NCBI GenBank assembly: GCA_046339595.1
Contig: JBKDUF010000034.1
Location: 8,963 to 72,962, forward strand
Direction of reading: 5' to 3'
Length of the DNA: 64,000 nucleotides
Origin: Betaproteobacteria bacterium
Lineage (GTDB): Bacteria > Pseudomonadota > Gammaproteobacteria > Burkholderiales > SG8-41
Shown here: one piece after another, positions 19,491 to 30,714 of the stretch
Layout of the letters: each line of letters starts with the position of its first letter
Numbering within the stretch: position 1 is the first letter of the stretch
The notes under the pieces: model-generated
The model's input: the letters and a program-made list of their open reading frames with translations, nothing else
What the model was told of the DNA's origin: nothing
Database searches by the model: none
Position numbers and translations under genes: made by a program

Positions 19491-19625
19491 CATGCCGACG
19501 CCTGCGCGCATCGCCCCGACGATCTTTTGTTGCGCGAGCAGGGCGATTCATGATGGGCTGGAACGACGGACGCCTGGCCTGCAGCTGCCGCTGAAAGATC
19601 CCGCGCGGCCTGTCCGGCTGCCCGC

Positions 19626-19634
19626 TGTGGATAA
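19626..19634 (-). promoter_or_regulatory. DnaA-box match upstream of flhD
   Basis: TGTGGATAA is the reverse complement of TTATCCACA; function unproven. Confidence 0.4.
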
Positions 19635-19870
19635 CTTATTGCCGGCTGCGGCTGCCGATTCTTGCGGAAGTATTTGTTACAGCAGTGATTTTTCGCACGG
19701 CCGCCACTGCAGCCGGGGTTTTTGTAGGACAAACACCTACAAGCCACCTGCCGCTGTACTCACGTCTCTTTCAGACGACAGCCGATCAAGTACCGCACGG
19801 CAACGGCCCACAATCCGTTCCAACCTGATACCTGCCGTTGTGGGCAGGACCAACCAAAGGAGCGCAAGCG

Positions 19871-20188
19871 ATGGACACCGAAAAGCTGATGAATGAAATC
19901 CGTGAAGCCAACCTGGGCTACATGCTGCTTGCCCAGCAGATGATCAAGGCAGACAAGACTGCCGCGATGTTTCGCCTCGGTATCAGCCAGGATGTGGCTG
20001 ACATCCTCGAATCGCTGTCCCCCGGGCAGATCCTCAAGCTTGCGACTTCGAATATGCTGCTGTGCCGCTTCCGGCTCGATGACCGGATGATCATGAGCAT
20101 GGTGACCGAATACGGCAACAACAAGCTGATGGCCTCATCCCACGCCGCGGTGTTGATGGCCGGCCAGCCAGCCGCCGGTCTCGCCTGA
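19871..20188 (+). CDS. flhD: flagellar master regulator FlhD
   Basis: EIREANLGYMLLAQQMI..D...AMFRLGIS, LLCRFR; AAGGAG RBS. Confidence 0.97.
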   Translation: MDTEKLMNEIREANLGYMLLAQQMIKADKTAAMFRLGISQDVADILESLSPGQILKLATSNMLLCRFRLDDRMIMSMVTEYGNNKLMASSHAAVLMAGQPAAGLA

Positions 20189-20227
20189 ACCTCAGCGGCA
20201 TAACCCCCCCGGAGACTGGAGCCAGCC

Positions 20228-20824
20228 ATGCGTAGCAAAAGTGTCGTCAGTGATGCCCGTCAGGTGCAGCTTGCCGCCGATCTGGTCCGACTCGGCGCAC
20301 GCCTGCAGGTACTGGAAAGTGAAACCAGCCTAAGCCGCGAACGCCTGCTCAAGCTCTACAAGGAGGTCAAGGGCGAGTCACCACCCAAGGGGATGCTACC
20401 CTTCTCGACCGACTGGTTCATGAGCTGGATGCCCAACATCCATTCCTCGCTTTACCTCGACATCTACGGCTACCTCGTCAGGCACACTCCTGCGCGCGGC
20501 ATCGAAGCCATGATGACCGCATATCGCCTTTACCTTGAGCACCTGCATGTCAACAAGCTCGAGATCACGCTGTCCTTCACCCGGGCCTGGAGCCTGGTGC
20601 GATTCTTCGAAGCCAAAATGATCGATACCGCTCAATGCCGCCAGTGCGGCGGCCGTTATGTGGTGCACGCGATGGACCTGCACGATCATTTTGTCTGCGG
20701 CCTTTGCCACGTGCCCTCGCGCGCCGGCAAGACCCGCAAGGCCGCGTCCGAACCGCTGAAGCTTGCGATGGCGTCGCTGCCGAGGCCCGCCACCGTAACC
20801 CGCCGGAGCGCCGTCGCCGCCTGA
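20228..20824 (+). CDS. flhC: flagellar master regulator FlhC
   Basis: LGARLQVLESET, PPKGMLPFSTDWF, TRAW, Zn site CRQC...CGLC. Confidence 0.98.
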   Translation: MRSKSVVSDARQVQLAADLVRLGARLQVLESETSLSRERLLKLYKEVKGESPPKGMLPFSTDWFMSWMPNIHSSLYLDIYGYLVRHTPARGIEAMMTAYRLYLEHLHVNKLEITLSFTRAWSLVRFFEAKMIDTAQCRQCGGRYVVHAMDLHDHFVCGLCHVPSRAGKTRKAASEPLKLAMASLPRPATVTRRSAVAA

Positions 20825-20854
20825 CCGGGCGCAGCCCGCGCGGCGGTGCGGGCC

Positions 20855-20882
20855 TAAAGAAATCCGCTTTTCCTGACGTAAT
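20855..20882 (+). promoter_or_regulatory. sigma-28 promoter of motAB operon
   Basis: TAAAG-N15-GACGTAAT. Confidence 0.7.
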
Positions 20883-20992
20883 TCCATCCATCGGGCGGGG
20901 CGCAGCGGCGTCCGCCGGGTGGGCTACGGCCCTGGCGCGGGCGTTTTCGTCTGCAGCGTAGCAGGGCGAACAGGAAAAGGAAGCGCGCGGCC

Positions 20993-21844
20993 GTGCTGGT
21001 CATACTCGGTTACATCATCGTCACCGGCTCCGTTCTGGGCGGCTTTGCGCTGGCCGGTGGGCATCTGGCCGCCCTGTTCCAGCCGCTGGAGCTGCTGATG
21101 ATCGGTGGCGCAGCGGTCGGCGCCTTTGTTGTCGGCAACAACGGCAAGGCGATCAAGGCAACGCTGCAGACGCTGCCCAAGACGCTGACCGGATCCAAGT
21201 ACACCAAGGCAGTGTACATGGATCTGATGGCGCTGCTCTACGACATACTAGCCAAGGTGCGCAAGGAAGGCCTGATGGCGATCGAGAACGATGTCGAGAA
21301 TCCGAGTCAGAGCCCGCTGTTCTCGAAGTATCCGCGCATTCTCAACGATCATCATGTCACCGAATTCATCACTGATTACCTGCGGCTGATGGTTGGCGGC
21401 AACCTGAATGCTTTCGAGATCGAGAACCTGATGGATAACGAGATCGAGACCCACCACCACGAGGGTGAAATTCCGATCCATGCCCTGTCCCGGATCGGAG
21501 ACGGCATGCCTGCCTTCGGTATCGTTGCCGCTGTCATGGGGGTTATCAAGACCATGGGCTCGGTTGGCGCTCCCCCGGCAGAACTCGGTCTGATGATTGC
21601 CCATGCCCTCGTCGGCACCTTTCTCGGCATCCTGCTCGCCTACGGTTTTGTCACACCGCTGGCTACATTGCTTGAACAGAAGCTCGGCGAATCAACGAAG
21701 ATGTTCCAGTGCATCAAGGTCACCCTGCTGTCGAGCCTGAATGGCTATTCCCCCGCGCTGGCGGTGGAGTTCGGACGCAAGGTTCTCTATTCCACAGAGC
21801 GGCCGTCCTTCTCGGAACTTGAGAAGCACGTCAAACGCAAGTAA
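20993..21844 (+). CDS. motA: flagellar stator MotA
   Basis: QPLELLMIGGA, RKEGLMAIE, PAFGIVAAVMG, HALVGTFLGILLAYGF, EFGRK. Confidence 0.98.
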   Translation: MLVILGYIIVTGSVLGGFALAGGHLAALFQPLELLMIGGAAVGAFVVGNNGKAIKATLQTLPKTLTGSKYTKAVYMDLMALLYDILAKVRKEGLMAIENDVENPSQSPLFSKYPRILNDHHVTEFITDYLRLMVGGNLNAFEIENLMDNEIETHHHEGEIPIHALSRIGDGMPAFGIVAAVMGVIKTMGSVGAPPAELGLMIAHALVGTFLGILLAYGFVTPLATLLEQKLGESTKMFQCIKVTLLSSLNGYSPALAVEFGRKVLYSTERPSFSELEKHVKRK

Positions 21845-21864
21845 AGCCGTCGACGGATACGGTC

Positions 21865-22794
21865 ATGGCCGACGAATCACAGCGCCCCATCGTCATCAAG
21901 CGCATCAAAAAGACTGCTGGCGGCCACCATGGCGGTGCTTGGAAGATCGCTTACGCCGACTTCGTTACTGCAATGATGGCGTTTTTCCTGCTGATGTGGC
22001 TGCTCGGTTCGACTACCAAAGGTGACCTTAAGGGGATTGCGGATTTCTTCAACACGCCGCTGAAAGTTGCGCTTGCTGGCGGCATCGGCTCGGGAGACAG
22101 CTCGCACGTGATCAAGGGCGGTGGCAAGGACCTGACGCGAAGTGAGGGACAGATCATGGACGGCGAGCTGCAGTCCGACCGTCGCATTATTAACATCAAG
22201 GCAGCGCAGGCAGAACTGGAACGGCGAGAGGAAATCAAGATGGCGCAGCTCAAGGTGCGGATTGAGCATCTCATCGAGTCCAATCCGGCCTTGCGCCAGT
22301 TCCGTGAGCAGTTGCTTGTGGATATCACCCCCGAAGGTCTGAGAGTGCAGATAGTCGACACGCGCAACCGACCGATGTTCGCCTCGGGTCGCGCCGAGCT
22401 GCAGCCCTATGCACGCGACATCCTGTACGAGATCGGCCGCGCACTGAACGGCGTGGAGAACCGCATCTCCATTGCCGGGCACACCGATGCCACCCCCTAT
22501 GCCTCGGGCGAGCGCGGATACAGCAACTGGGAGCTTTCCGCTGACCGCGCCAATGCCTCGCGCCGCGTGCTGATACAGGGCGGCATGGACGAAGGCCGCC
22601 TGGTGCGCGTGGTGGGCATGGCCGCGGCCGTGCCCTTGGACCGCAAGGATCCCCTCAATCCGCTCAACCGCCGGATCAGCCTGATCGTGATGAACAGGCA
22701 GGCGGAAGAGGCGGTCAACCGCAGCGGCGGCAGCGTCGAGCTTGCCCCGCCCAATCATGTTGATATACCGCGCATCGTCAACGGCAATTCCTGA
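21865..22794 (+). CDS. motB: flagellar stator MotB
   Basis: HGGAWKIAYADFVTAMMAFFL, GHTD, NWELSADRAN, NRRI. Confidence 0.98.
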   Translation: MADESQRPIVIKRIKKTAGGHHGGAWKIAYADFVTAMMAFFLLMWLLGSTTKGDLKGIADFFNTPLKVALAGGIGSGDSSHVIKGGGKDLTRSEGQIMDGELQSDRRIINIKAAQAELERREEIKMAQLKVRIEHLIESNPALRQFREQLLVDITPEGLRVQIVDTRNRPMFASGRAELQPYARDILYEIGRALNGVENRISIAGHTDATPYASGERGYSNWELSADRANASRRVLIQGGMDEGRLVRVVGMAAAVPLDRKDPLNPLNRRISLIVMNRQAEEAVNRSGGSVELAPPNHVDIPRIVNGNS

Positions 22795-23542
22795 GGCCGC
22801 CGCGCATCCGCTGCCTCCGGTGCTGACGGCGCTGCTGCTGCAGGCCGGCTGCGCGCCTGCCGGGCTGGCGCTTGCTGCGCAGTGGCCTGTGTTGCCCTGG
22901 ACCGTAGCTGCCGGGTTGCTCGCGGGGCTGGCGAGCCTTGTGCTGGGGCTGCCGGCATGGTGGCTGGCCATCAACGCGCTGTTCATTCCCGCGCTGGCAC
23001 TGGCGCTGCTCGCCGAACTGCCTGCCACGTTATGGCTTGGGTCTTTTCTGGGCCTGTCCCTGGTGTTCTGGGGTGTCGCGCGCAGCCGCGTGCCGCTCTT
23101 CCTCTCCAGCGAGGCGGCGGGACGGGCGCTGGCCGAACTGATCGGCAGCGGCAGCGAGGTGCGATTTGCCGATCTCGGCTGCGGCGACGGTCGTCTGCTG
23201 CAGAGGCTGTGCGAGCGCTTGCCCCGGCTACAGGCCCTCGGCATCGAATACGCGCCGCTGCCCCGGCTGCTTGCCGGATGGCGCACGCGCCTGATGGGCC
23301 CGCGTTGCCGTGTCTGCTGGGGCAGCCTTTGGCGGCTCGATCTTGGCGGCTTTGATGTGGTTTATGCCTACCTGTCACCGGTGCCGATGCCGGCGCTCTG
23401 GGAAAAGGCCTGCCGCGAGATGGCGCCCGGCAGCCTGTTCATCAGCAATAGCTTTGCGGTGCCCGGGGTTGCTGCAGAGCGCGAGATCGTGCTCAATGAC
23501 GGCTGGGGCGGCGTGCTCTACCTATACCGCATCCGGAGCTGA
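22757..23542 (+). CDS. membrane-anchored class I SAM-dependent methyltransferase (FAM173-like)
   Basis: Hydrophobic N-terminus, then VPLFLS, FADLGCGDGR (motif I), GIE, FDVVYAYL, ISNSF; exact start uncertain, overlaps motB end. Confidence 0.85.
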   Translation: MLIYRASSTAIPEAAAHPLPPVLTALLLQAGCAPAGLALAAQWPVLPWTVAAGLLAGLASLVLGLPAWWLAINALFIPALALALLAELPATLWLGSFLGLSLVFWGVARSRVPLFLSSEAAGRALAELIGSGSEVRFADLGCGDGRLLQRLCERLPRLQALGIEYAPLPRLLAGWRTRLMGPRCRVCWGSLWRLDLGGFDVVYAYLSPVPMPALWEKACREMAPGSLFISNSFAVPGVAAEREIVLNDGWGGVLYLYRIRS

Positions 23543-23545
23543 GCC

Positions 23546-24487
23546 GTGGCGACCGTGTTGCAGCCCGCCAAGGGCAGCGTTGACCATTGGGTGCAGTTGC
23601 TTGGACGCAATGACATGCCGGTGCTCGGACGCACGGTTGCCGAGCTGGCGGCGCTGGCAGCCAACGAGGAGCAGGCCACGCCGCAGCGGGTGGCGGCAGT
23701 GGTGCTGCACGATCCGCTGATGACGTTCAAGGTGCTGCAGTATATCCAGCTCAACCGCCCGGCCCGCCAGAGCACGGAAATCACCACCATTGCCCACGCC
23801 CTGATGATGCTCGGCCTGCAACCCTTTTTCGAGCACTTCAGGGCGCAGCAGACAGTCGAGTCGCGGCTGGGCGCATTTCCGCCTGCGCTGGTGGGGCTGC
23901 GCTGCGTGGCGAGCCGGGCACGCCATGCAGCACTGTATGCGCGCGACTGGGCCGTGCTTCGGCACGACATCGAGATCGACGAGGTGATGACTGCAGCGCT
24001 ACTGCACGATGTGGTGGAGATGATGCTGTGGTGCGCCGCCCCGTTGCAGGCGTTGCGGATAGAGCAGGCGCTGCGTGCAGACCGAAGGCTGCGTAGCGAA
24101 CATGCACAACGAGCGGTTCTCGGGGTCTCCCTGCTTGAGGTGAGCGGCGAGGCCTGCCGGCGCTGGCGGATGCCGGAGGTGCTGCAGTGCCTGATCGATG
24201 ACCACCGCATCAACCGGCCGCGCGAGGCCAACGTTGTTCACGCGGTCGCGGTTGCCCGCCACAGCGCACGTGGCTGGAGCGATCCGGCACTGCCCGACGA
24301 CTACGAAGGCGCGGCCCGGCTGCTCGGCATTGGCAGCGAAGCGGTACGCATGCGGGTGATCCGGGTGGCACTGTCGGCCGCGCGCGAGTGGGAATGGTAC
24401 GGCGTTCGCCCTGCTGCTGCATGGCTACCCCTGCTGCCCGGCTCGGCAGCGCCCGATGGCCGCCTGTTTGCCCTAGACCTGGAATAA
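23546..24487 (+). CDS. HDOD domain protein
   Basis: MPVL, HDPLMTFKVL, TIAHALMMLG, AALLHD, WRMP. Confidence 0.88.
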   Translation: MATVLQPAKGSVDHWVQLLGRNDMPVLGRTVAELAALAANEEQATPQRVAAVVLHDPLMTFKVLQYIQLNRPARQSTEITTIAHALMMLGLQPFFEHFRAQQTVESRLGAFPPALVGLRCVASRARHAALYARDWAVLRHDIEIDEVMTAALLHDVVEMMLWCAAPLQALRIEQALRADRRLRSEHAQRAVLGVSLLEVSGEACRRWRMPEVLQCLIDDHRINRPREANVVHAVAVARHSARGWSDPALPDDYEGAARLLGIGSEAVRMRVIRVALSAAREWEWYGVRPAAAWLPLLPGSAAPDGRLFALDLE

Positions 24488-24542
24488 GCTACCTAAATCA
24501 CGGCTTCTTTCCGGCTGCCCGGCCGGCGGTGCTGCGGATAAT
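24481..24542 (+). promoter_or_regulatory. FlhDC class II promoter of flhB operon
   Basis: GGAATAA-N17-TTCTTTCC and -10 GATAAT. Confidence 0.6.
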
Positions 24543-24577
24543 CCCCTCATCCGAGACACCGCCCCTGTTGCTGGAAA

Positions 24578-25713
24578 ATGTCCGAAGAATCCGACCTGGA
24601 ACGATCAGAAGCACCCTCGCCGCGACGCCTGGAACAGGCGCGCGAGGAGGGTCAGGTCGCGCGTTCCCAGGACCTCACTGCATTCGCGGTCCTGCTGGCC
24701 GGAACGGCTGGTATCTGGTTTGCCGGAAGCGGCATGTTCGCCGGTGCCGGGGAGCTGATGGCGCGTTCACTCAGTTTTGACGCCTCGGTGACCGACCCCC
24801 AGCGCATGATGGCGCTGCTGGCTCGGGACAGCTTCGATGCCTGGATGATCGCTGCACCCCTCCTGCTGGTGCTGGCCGCAGTTGCCCTGCTCGCGCCAAT
24901 GGGCCTGTCCGGCTGGCTGATCACGGCGCGCCCGCTCGAGCCCAATTTCAGCCGACTCAACCCGCTTGAGGGTTTCAAGCGGATGTGCTCCGCGCATTCG
25001 CTGGGCGAACTGGTCAAGGCCTTGGCCAAGGCCCTGCTCATCGGAATTGCCGGTGCCCTCGTGATCTGGGCCCAGATTGAGGCCTATTCGGGCCTCGCCG
25101 GCCAGCCGCTGGGGGTGGCGATGAGCGCAACGGCTGACCTGGTGCTGTGGGGGCTTGCGGTGGTGGTCGGCACAATGCTGCTGATTGTCGCCTTCGATGT
25201 GCCGCTGCAGCTGTGGCAGCATTTCTCACGCCTGCGCATGTCGCGCGAGGATTTGCGCAAGGAAATGCGCGAGACCGAGGGTGATCCCCATGTCAAGGCT
25301 GCGGTGCGCGGTCAGCAAAGGCAGATGGCGCGCCGGCGCATGATGGCAGACGTGCCCAAGGCCGATGTGGTGGTAACCAATCCGGCGCATTTTGCGGTCG
25401 CACTGGTTTATGCGGAGGGCGGCATGCAGGCGCCGCGCGTTGTGGCCAAGGGTGCAGATCTGGTGGCTGCCCGTATCCGGGAAATCGCCGCTGCGCACAG
25501 AGTGCCAGTACTCGAATCGCCGCCGCTGGCGCGAGCACTTTACCGCCATGCCGAGGTCGGAGAGGAAATACCGGAGGCGCTGTATACCGCAGTAGCCGAG
25601 ATTCTTGCGTACGTGTTCCAGTTGCGTCGTCATCGAAGCCATGGCGGTGCCGCACCGCGGCCGCTGGGTCCGGTTGCAGTTCCAGCAGGCCTTGATCCGG
25701 CGGAGGGCAGGCG

Positions 25714-25717
<4 letters not shown>
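24578..25717 (+). CDS. flhB: flagellar export protein FlhB
   Basis: EEGQVARS, ETEGDPHVK, ADVVVTNPAH autocleavage site (NPTH variant), PPLARALY. Confidence 0.97.
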
Positions 25718-27782
<2,065 letters not shown>

Positions 27783-27783
<1 letters not shown>

Positions 27784-28979
27784 TGAACGCCAGACGCTTC
27801 AGTGGACGCACCTCGCGTGAGGTGCTGCAAAAAGTCAAAAATGCCTTCGGGCCCGATGCGATGATCGTTGCCAACAACGCGCTCGCCGACGGCGTCGAGG
27901 TCCTGGCCCTGCCGGCTCAGGTTCTGGACGAGGCGATATCCGCGGCGGCGGTGAAGGAGGCCCCGGCCGCGCCAACCGCTTCCGCACCGCCGCGGCCCGC
28001 TGCCGCGGCTGCCCCGCCGCCTCCCGGCGGCGACCCGCAGGGCAGGGCGATACTCGACGAAATCCAGCGCATGCGCAGCCTGCTGCAGGCCGAGCTTGCC
28101 GCGCTGACAGTAAATGACCTGCGCCGCCGCAATCCCGTGGCCTCGGCGCTGCTCGGTGATCTGATGGCGGCAGGCTTCAGCCCTTCGACGGCGCGGGCGC
28201 TGACCCTCCAGCTGCCCTCCGGCGAGAGCGAGGAAGTGGCGCGCCGCCGGGTGATCGCCGTGGTCGAGCAAAAGCTGCCGATTGCGCCCGCGGACGAAAT
28301 GATCGAGCGCGGCGGCGTTTACGCGCTGGTCGGCCCCACCGGTGTGGGCAAGACCACCACAGTGGCAAAACTTGCCGCGCGCGCCGTGGTCCGCAACGGA
28401 GCCGCATCGGTGGCGCTGCTCACCACCGACAGTTTCCGTATCGCGGGCCAGGACCAGTTGCGCATCTATGCCGGCATCCTTGGCGTTCCGGTGCATACGG
28501 TCAAGGACGGTGCCGCGCTGGCGCGCGCCCTGTCCGAATTCGGTGAACGCCGGCTGGTACTGATCGACACCATGGGCCTGAGCCAGCGCGACCGCCAGGT
28601 CGCCGACCAGACCGCATTGCTCGAGGCGGGCCGCGGGGTGCAGCGCCTGCTCCTGCTCAACGCCACCGCAAGCGGGGCCACGCTGGACGAGGTGATCAGT
28701 TCCTATGTTTCTCCCGGACATCCGGGTTGCATCATCACCAAGGTTGACGAGGCGGCCAGCGTTGCGCCCGCCCTGGATGCCTGCCTGCGCCACTCGCTGA
28801 CCATGCATTACGTCACCAACGGCCAGCGGGTTCCGGAGGATGTGCACCTGCCGAACCGTTCGTACCTGCTGCATCGCGCGCTGCGGTCGCCGGTGGATCC
28901 CGGGCTGCGTCCGCACACCGATGATTTACCGCTGCTGGTCGGGGCGCGCCAGACTGCAGCGGGAGAACGCCATGCTTGA
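27783..28979 (+). CDS. flhF: SRP-family GTPase FlhF
   Basis: GPTGVGKTTT.AKLAA, DTMG, TKVDE, NGQRVPED. Confidence 0.96.
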
Positions 28980-29853
28980 TGGGCGCGACCAGGCAGAAGG
29001 ACTGCGCAGAATGCTCGCCTCCGGGCGCACCCGCACCATCGCCGTATTCGGCGCCCGTTCCGGCTGCGGCTCGACCAGCATCGCAGTCAACCTCGGCACG
29101 GCGCTGGCCGCGGCTGGACGCAGCGTGCTGCTGGTGGACGAACATTTCGGGCCCGGTAACGCAGCCGGCCTGCTCGGTGTGAACATCCGGCGTGAACTGC
29201 GTCACGCCATCAGCGGTGACAGCAGCCTTTCCGCCGTGGTGCAAGGGCGCCCCTCCGGTCTCATGCTTTTGCCGGCGGCAAGCGGGGCGCGTGCCCTCGG
29301 CCGCATGTCGCAGCCGGCGAGGGGCGAGGCCGTGGCCGGCCTCGGCATCAGCGATGGCTGGTGCGACATCGTGCTGGTTGACGCGCAGTCACCGGCCCCC
29401 GGCCGCCAGGCACTGCTCGGCGCAGCAGTACAGGAGGCGCTGATCGTGCTGCAGCCCGACCCGGTTTCCATTACCCAGGGCTATGCGGTGATGAAGCGCC
29501 TGCGCCGTGAATACGGCATTGACCGCTTCCGTGCGCTGATGAACCGTGCCGCCGACAGCGGCTTGGCCGATCGCGCCGCGGCAAACCTGACGCATGCCGC
29601 ACGCGGCTTCCTCGATGCATCACTTGATTATGCGGGCTCGATCCCGCAGGACCCCGCTTTTGCTTTGGCAGCGGCTCGTGCCAAGCCGCTGGTGGAAGTC
29701 GACCCGGCATCGCCCGCGGCGGTGGCGCTGCAGGTGCTGGCCCGCGCGGTGCTGTCGTGGCCCGCAGCGCGGCGCGGCGCTGACGGCCCCGCTAATCTTT
29801 TCCGGAAAATCACACACCAGGGCGCGGTGCCCCGCGCCGCCGCAGGAGCCTGA
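28972..29853 (+). CDS. flhG: MinD/ParA-family flagellar number regulator FlhG/FleN (degenerate P-loop)
   Basis: N-terminal DQAEGLRR, SITQGYA.MK.L, GSIPQD; between flhF and fliA. Confidence 0.88.
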   Translation: MLDGRDQAEGLRRMLASGRTRTIAVFGARSGCGSTSIAVNLGTALAAAGRSVLLVDEHFGPGNAAGLLGVNIRRELRHAISGDSSLSAVVQGRPSGLMLLPAASGARALGRMSQPARGEAVAGLGISDGWCDIVLVDAQSPAPGRQALLGAAVQEALIVLQPDPVSITQGYAVMKRLRREYGIDRFRALMNRAADSGLADRAAANLTHAARGFLDASLDYAGSIPQDPAFALAAARAKPLVEVDPASPAAVALQVLARAVLSWPAARRGADGPANLFRKITHQGAVPRAAAGA

Positions 29854-29855
29854 CC

Positions 29856-30569
29856 ATGTATGACGCCAGCAATGAAGCCGAAGTTGAACAGTGCGTGCTC
29901 AAGTTCGCGCCACTCGTCAAGCGCATTGCCCACCACATGATGGCTTCATTGCCGTCTTCGGTGGAAATCGATGACATCATCCAGTCCGGAATGATCGGAC
30001 TGCTGGATGCTGCGCGCCGCTATACCGAAACCGAGGGCGCGCAATTCGAAACTTACGCGGTGCAGAGGATCCGTGGCTCGATGCTCGACAGCCTGCGCCA
30101 GGCGGACTGGCTGCCGCGCTCGCTGCGCCAGTCGCTGCGCCGCATCGAGAATACGATCTCGCGGCTGGAGCAGACGCATTGCCGGCCCCCCACGGAAAAT
30201 GAACTTGCCGTGGCGATGAACATGACGCTGGCGGACTACCAGCACCTGCTGCAGGAGGCGCGCGGCTATCAGCTGGTGTCGTATGAGGATTTCAAGGCAG
30301 GTGAGGAGGAATCATTTGTCGACCGCTACTGCAGCGACGGCCGGCCCGATCCGCTGGCCTTTCTTGCAGACCGGGCGATGCGCGAGGAGCTCGCCGAGGC
30401 AATTGACTCCCTGCCCGAGCGCGAGAAGCGGGTGATGGGGCTTTACTACGAGCAGGAGCTCAACCTGCGCGAGATCGGCGAGATTCTCGGCGTCAGCGAG
30501 TCGCGGATTTGCCAGCTGCACACCCAGGCGATCGCACGCCTGCGTACCAGGCTCCGCCTCGCGGCCTGA
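29856..30569 (+). CDS. fliA: RNA polymerase sigma-28 factor
   Basis: PLVKRIAHH, FETYAVQRIRGSMLD.LR..DWLPRS, LNLREIG..LGVSESRICQLH. Confidence 0.98.
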   Translation: MYDASNEAEVEQCVLKFAPLVKRIAHHMMASLPSSVEIDDIIQSGMIGLLDAARRYTETEGAQFETYAVQRIRGSMLDSLRQADWLPRSLRQSLRRIENTISRLEQTHCRPPTENELAVAMNMTLADYQHLLQEARGYQLVSYEDFKAGEEESFVDRYCSDGRPDPLAFLADRAMREELAEAIDSLPEREKRVMGLYYEQELNLREIGEILGVSESRICQLHTQAIARLRTRLRLAA

Positions 30570-30714
30570 TCCTCGCGGTCGCGGCGGCCGCAAAACCGCC
30601 GCTCCCTTTCAGGCGGCGCGAAGACTGCACCGGGCCCGCTGCATCTGGCCTGCTGCACATGGCCTGAATTTTTCCGTGATTGGATCGGGGGCGGACTGGC
30701 TTGTCCGCTCCGCG

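Noticed and set aside
19335-19553. ORFs with KGKER repeats
   Set aside because: Translation of the GGAAA microsatellite; no RBS or domain
19558-19575. sigma-54 promoter for flhD (TGGAACGACGGACGC)
   Set aside because: GG-N10-GC spacing holds, but the -12 lacks TT and such matches are common in GC-rich DNA
25370-25395. FlhB NPAH instead of NPTH as loss of autocleavage
   Set aside because: The catalytic Asn-Pro is retained and the third position varies naturally
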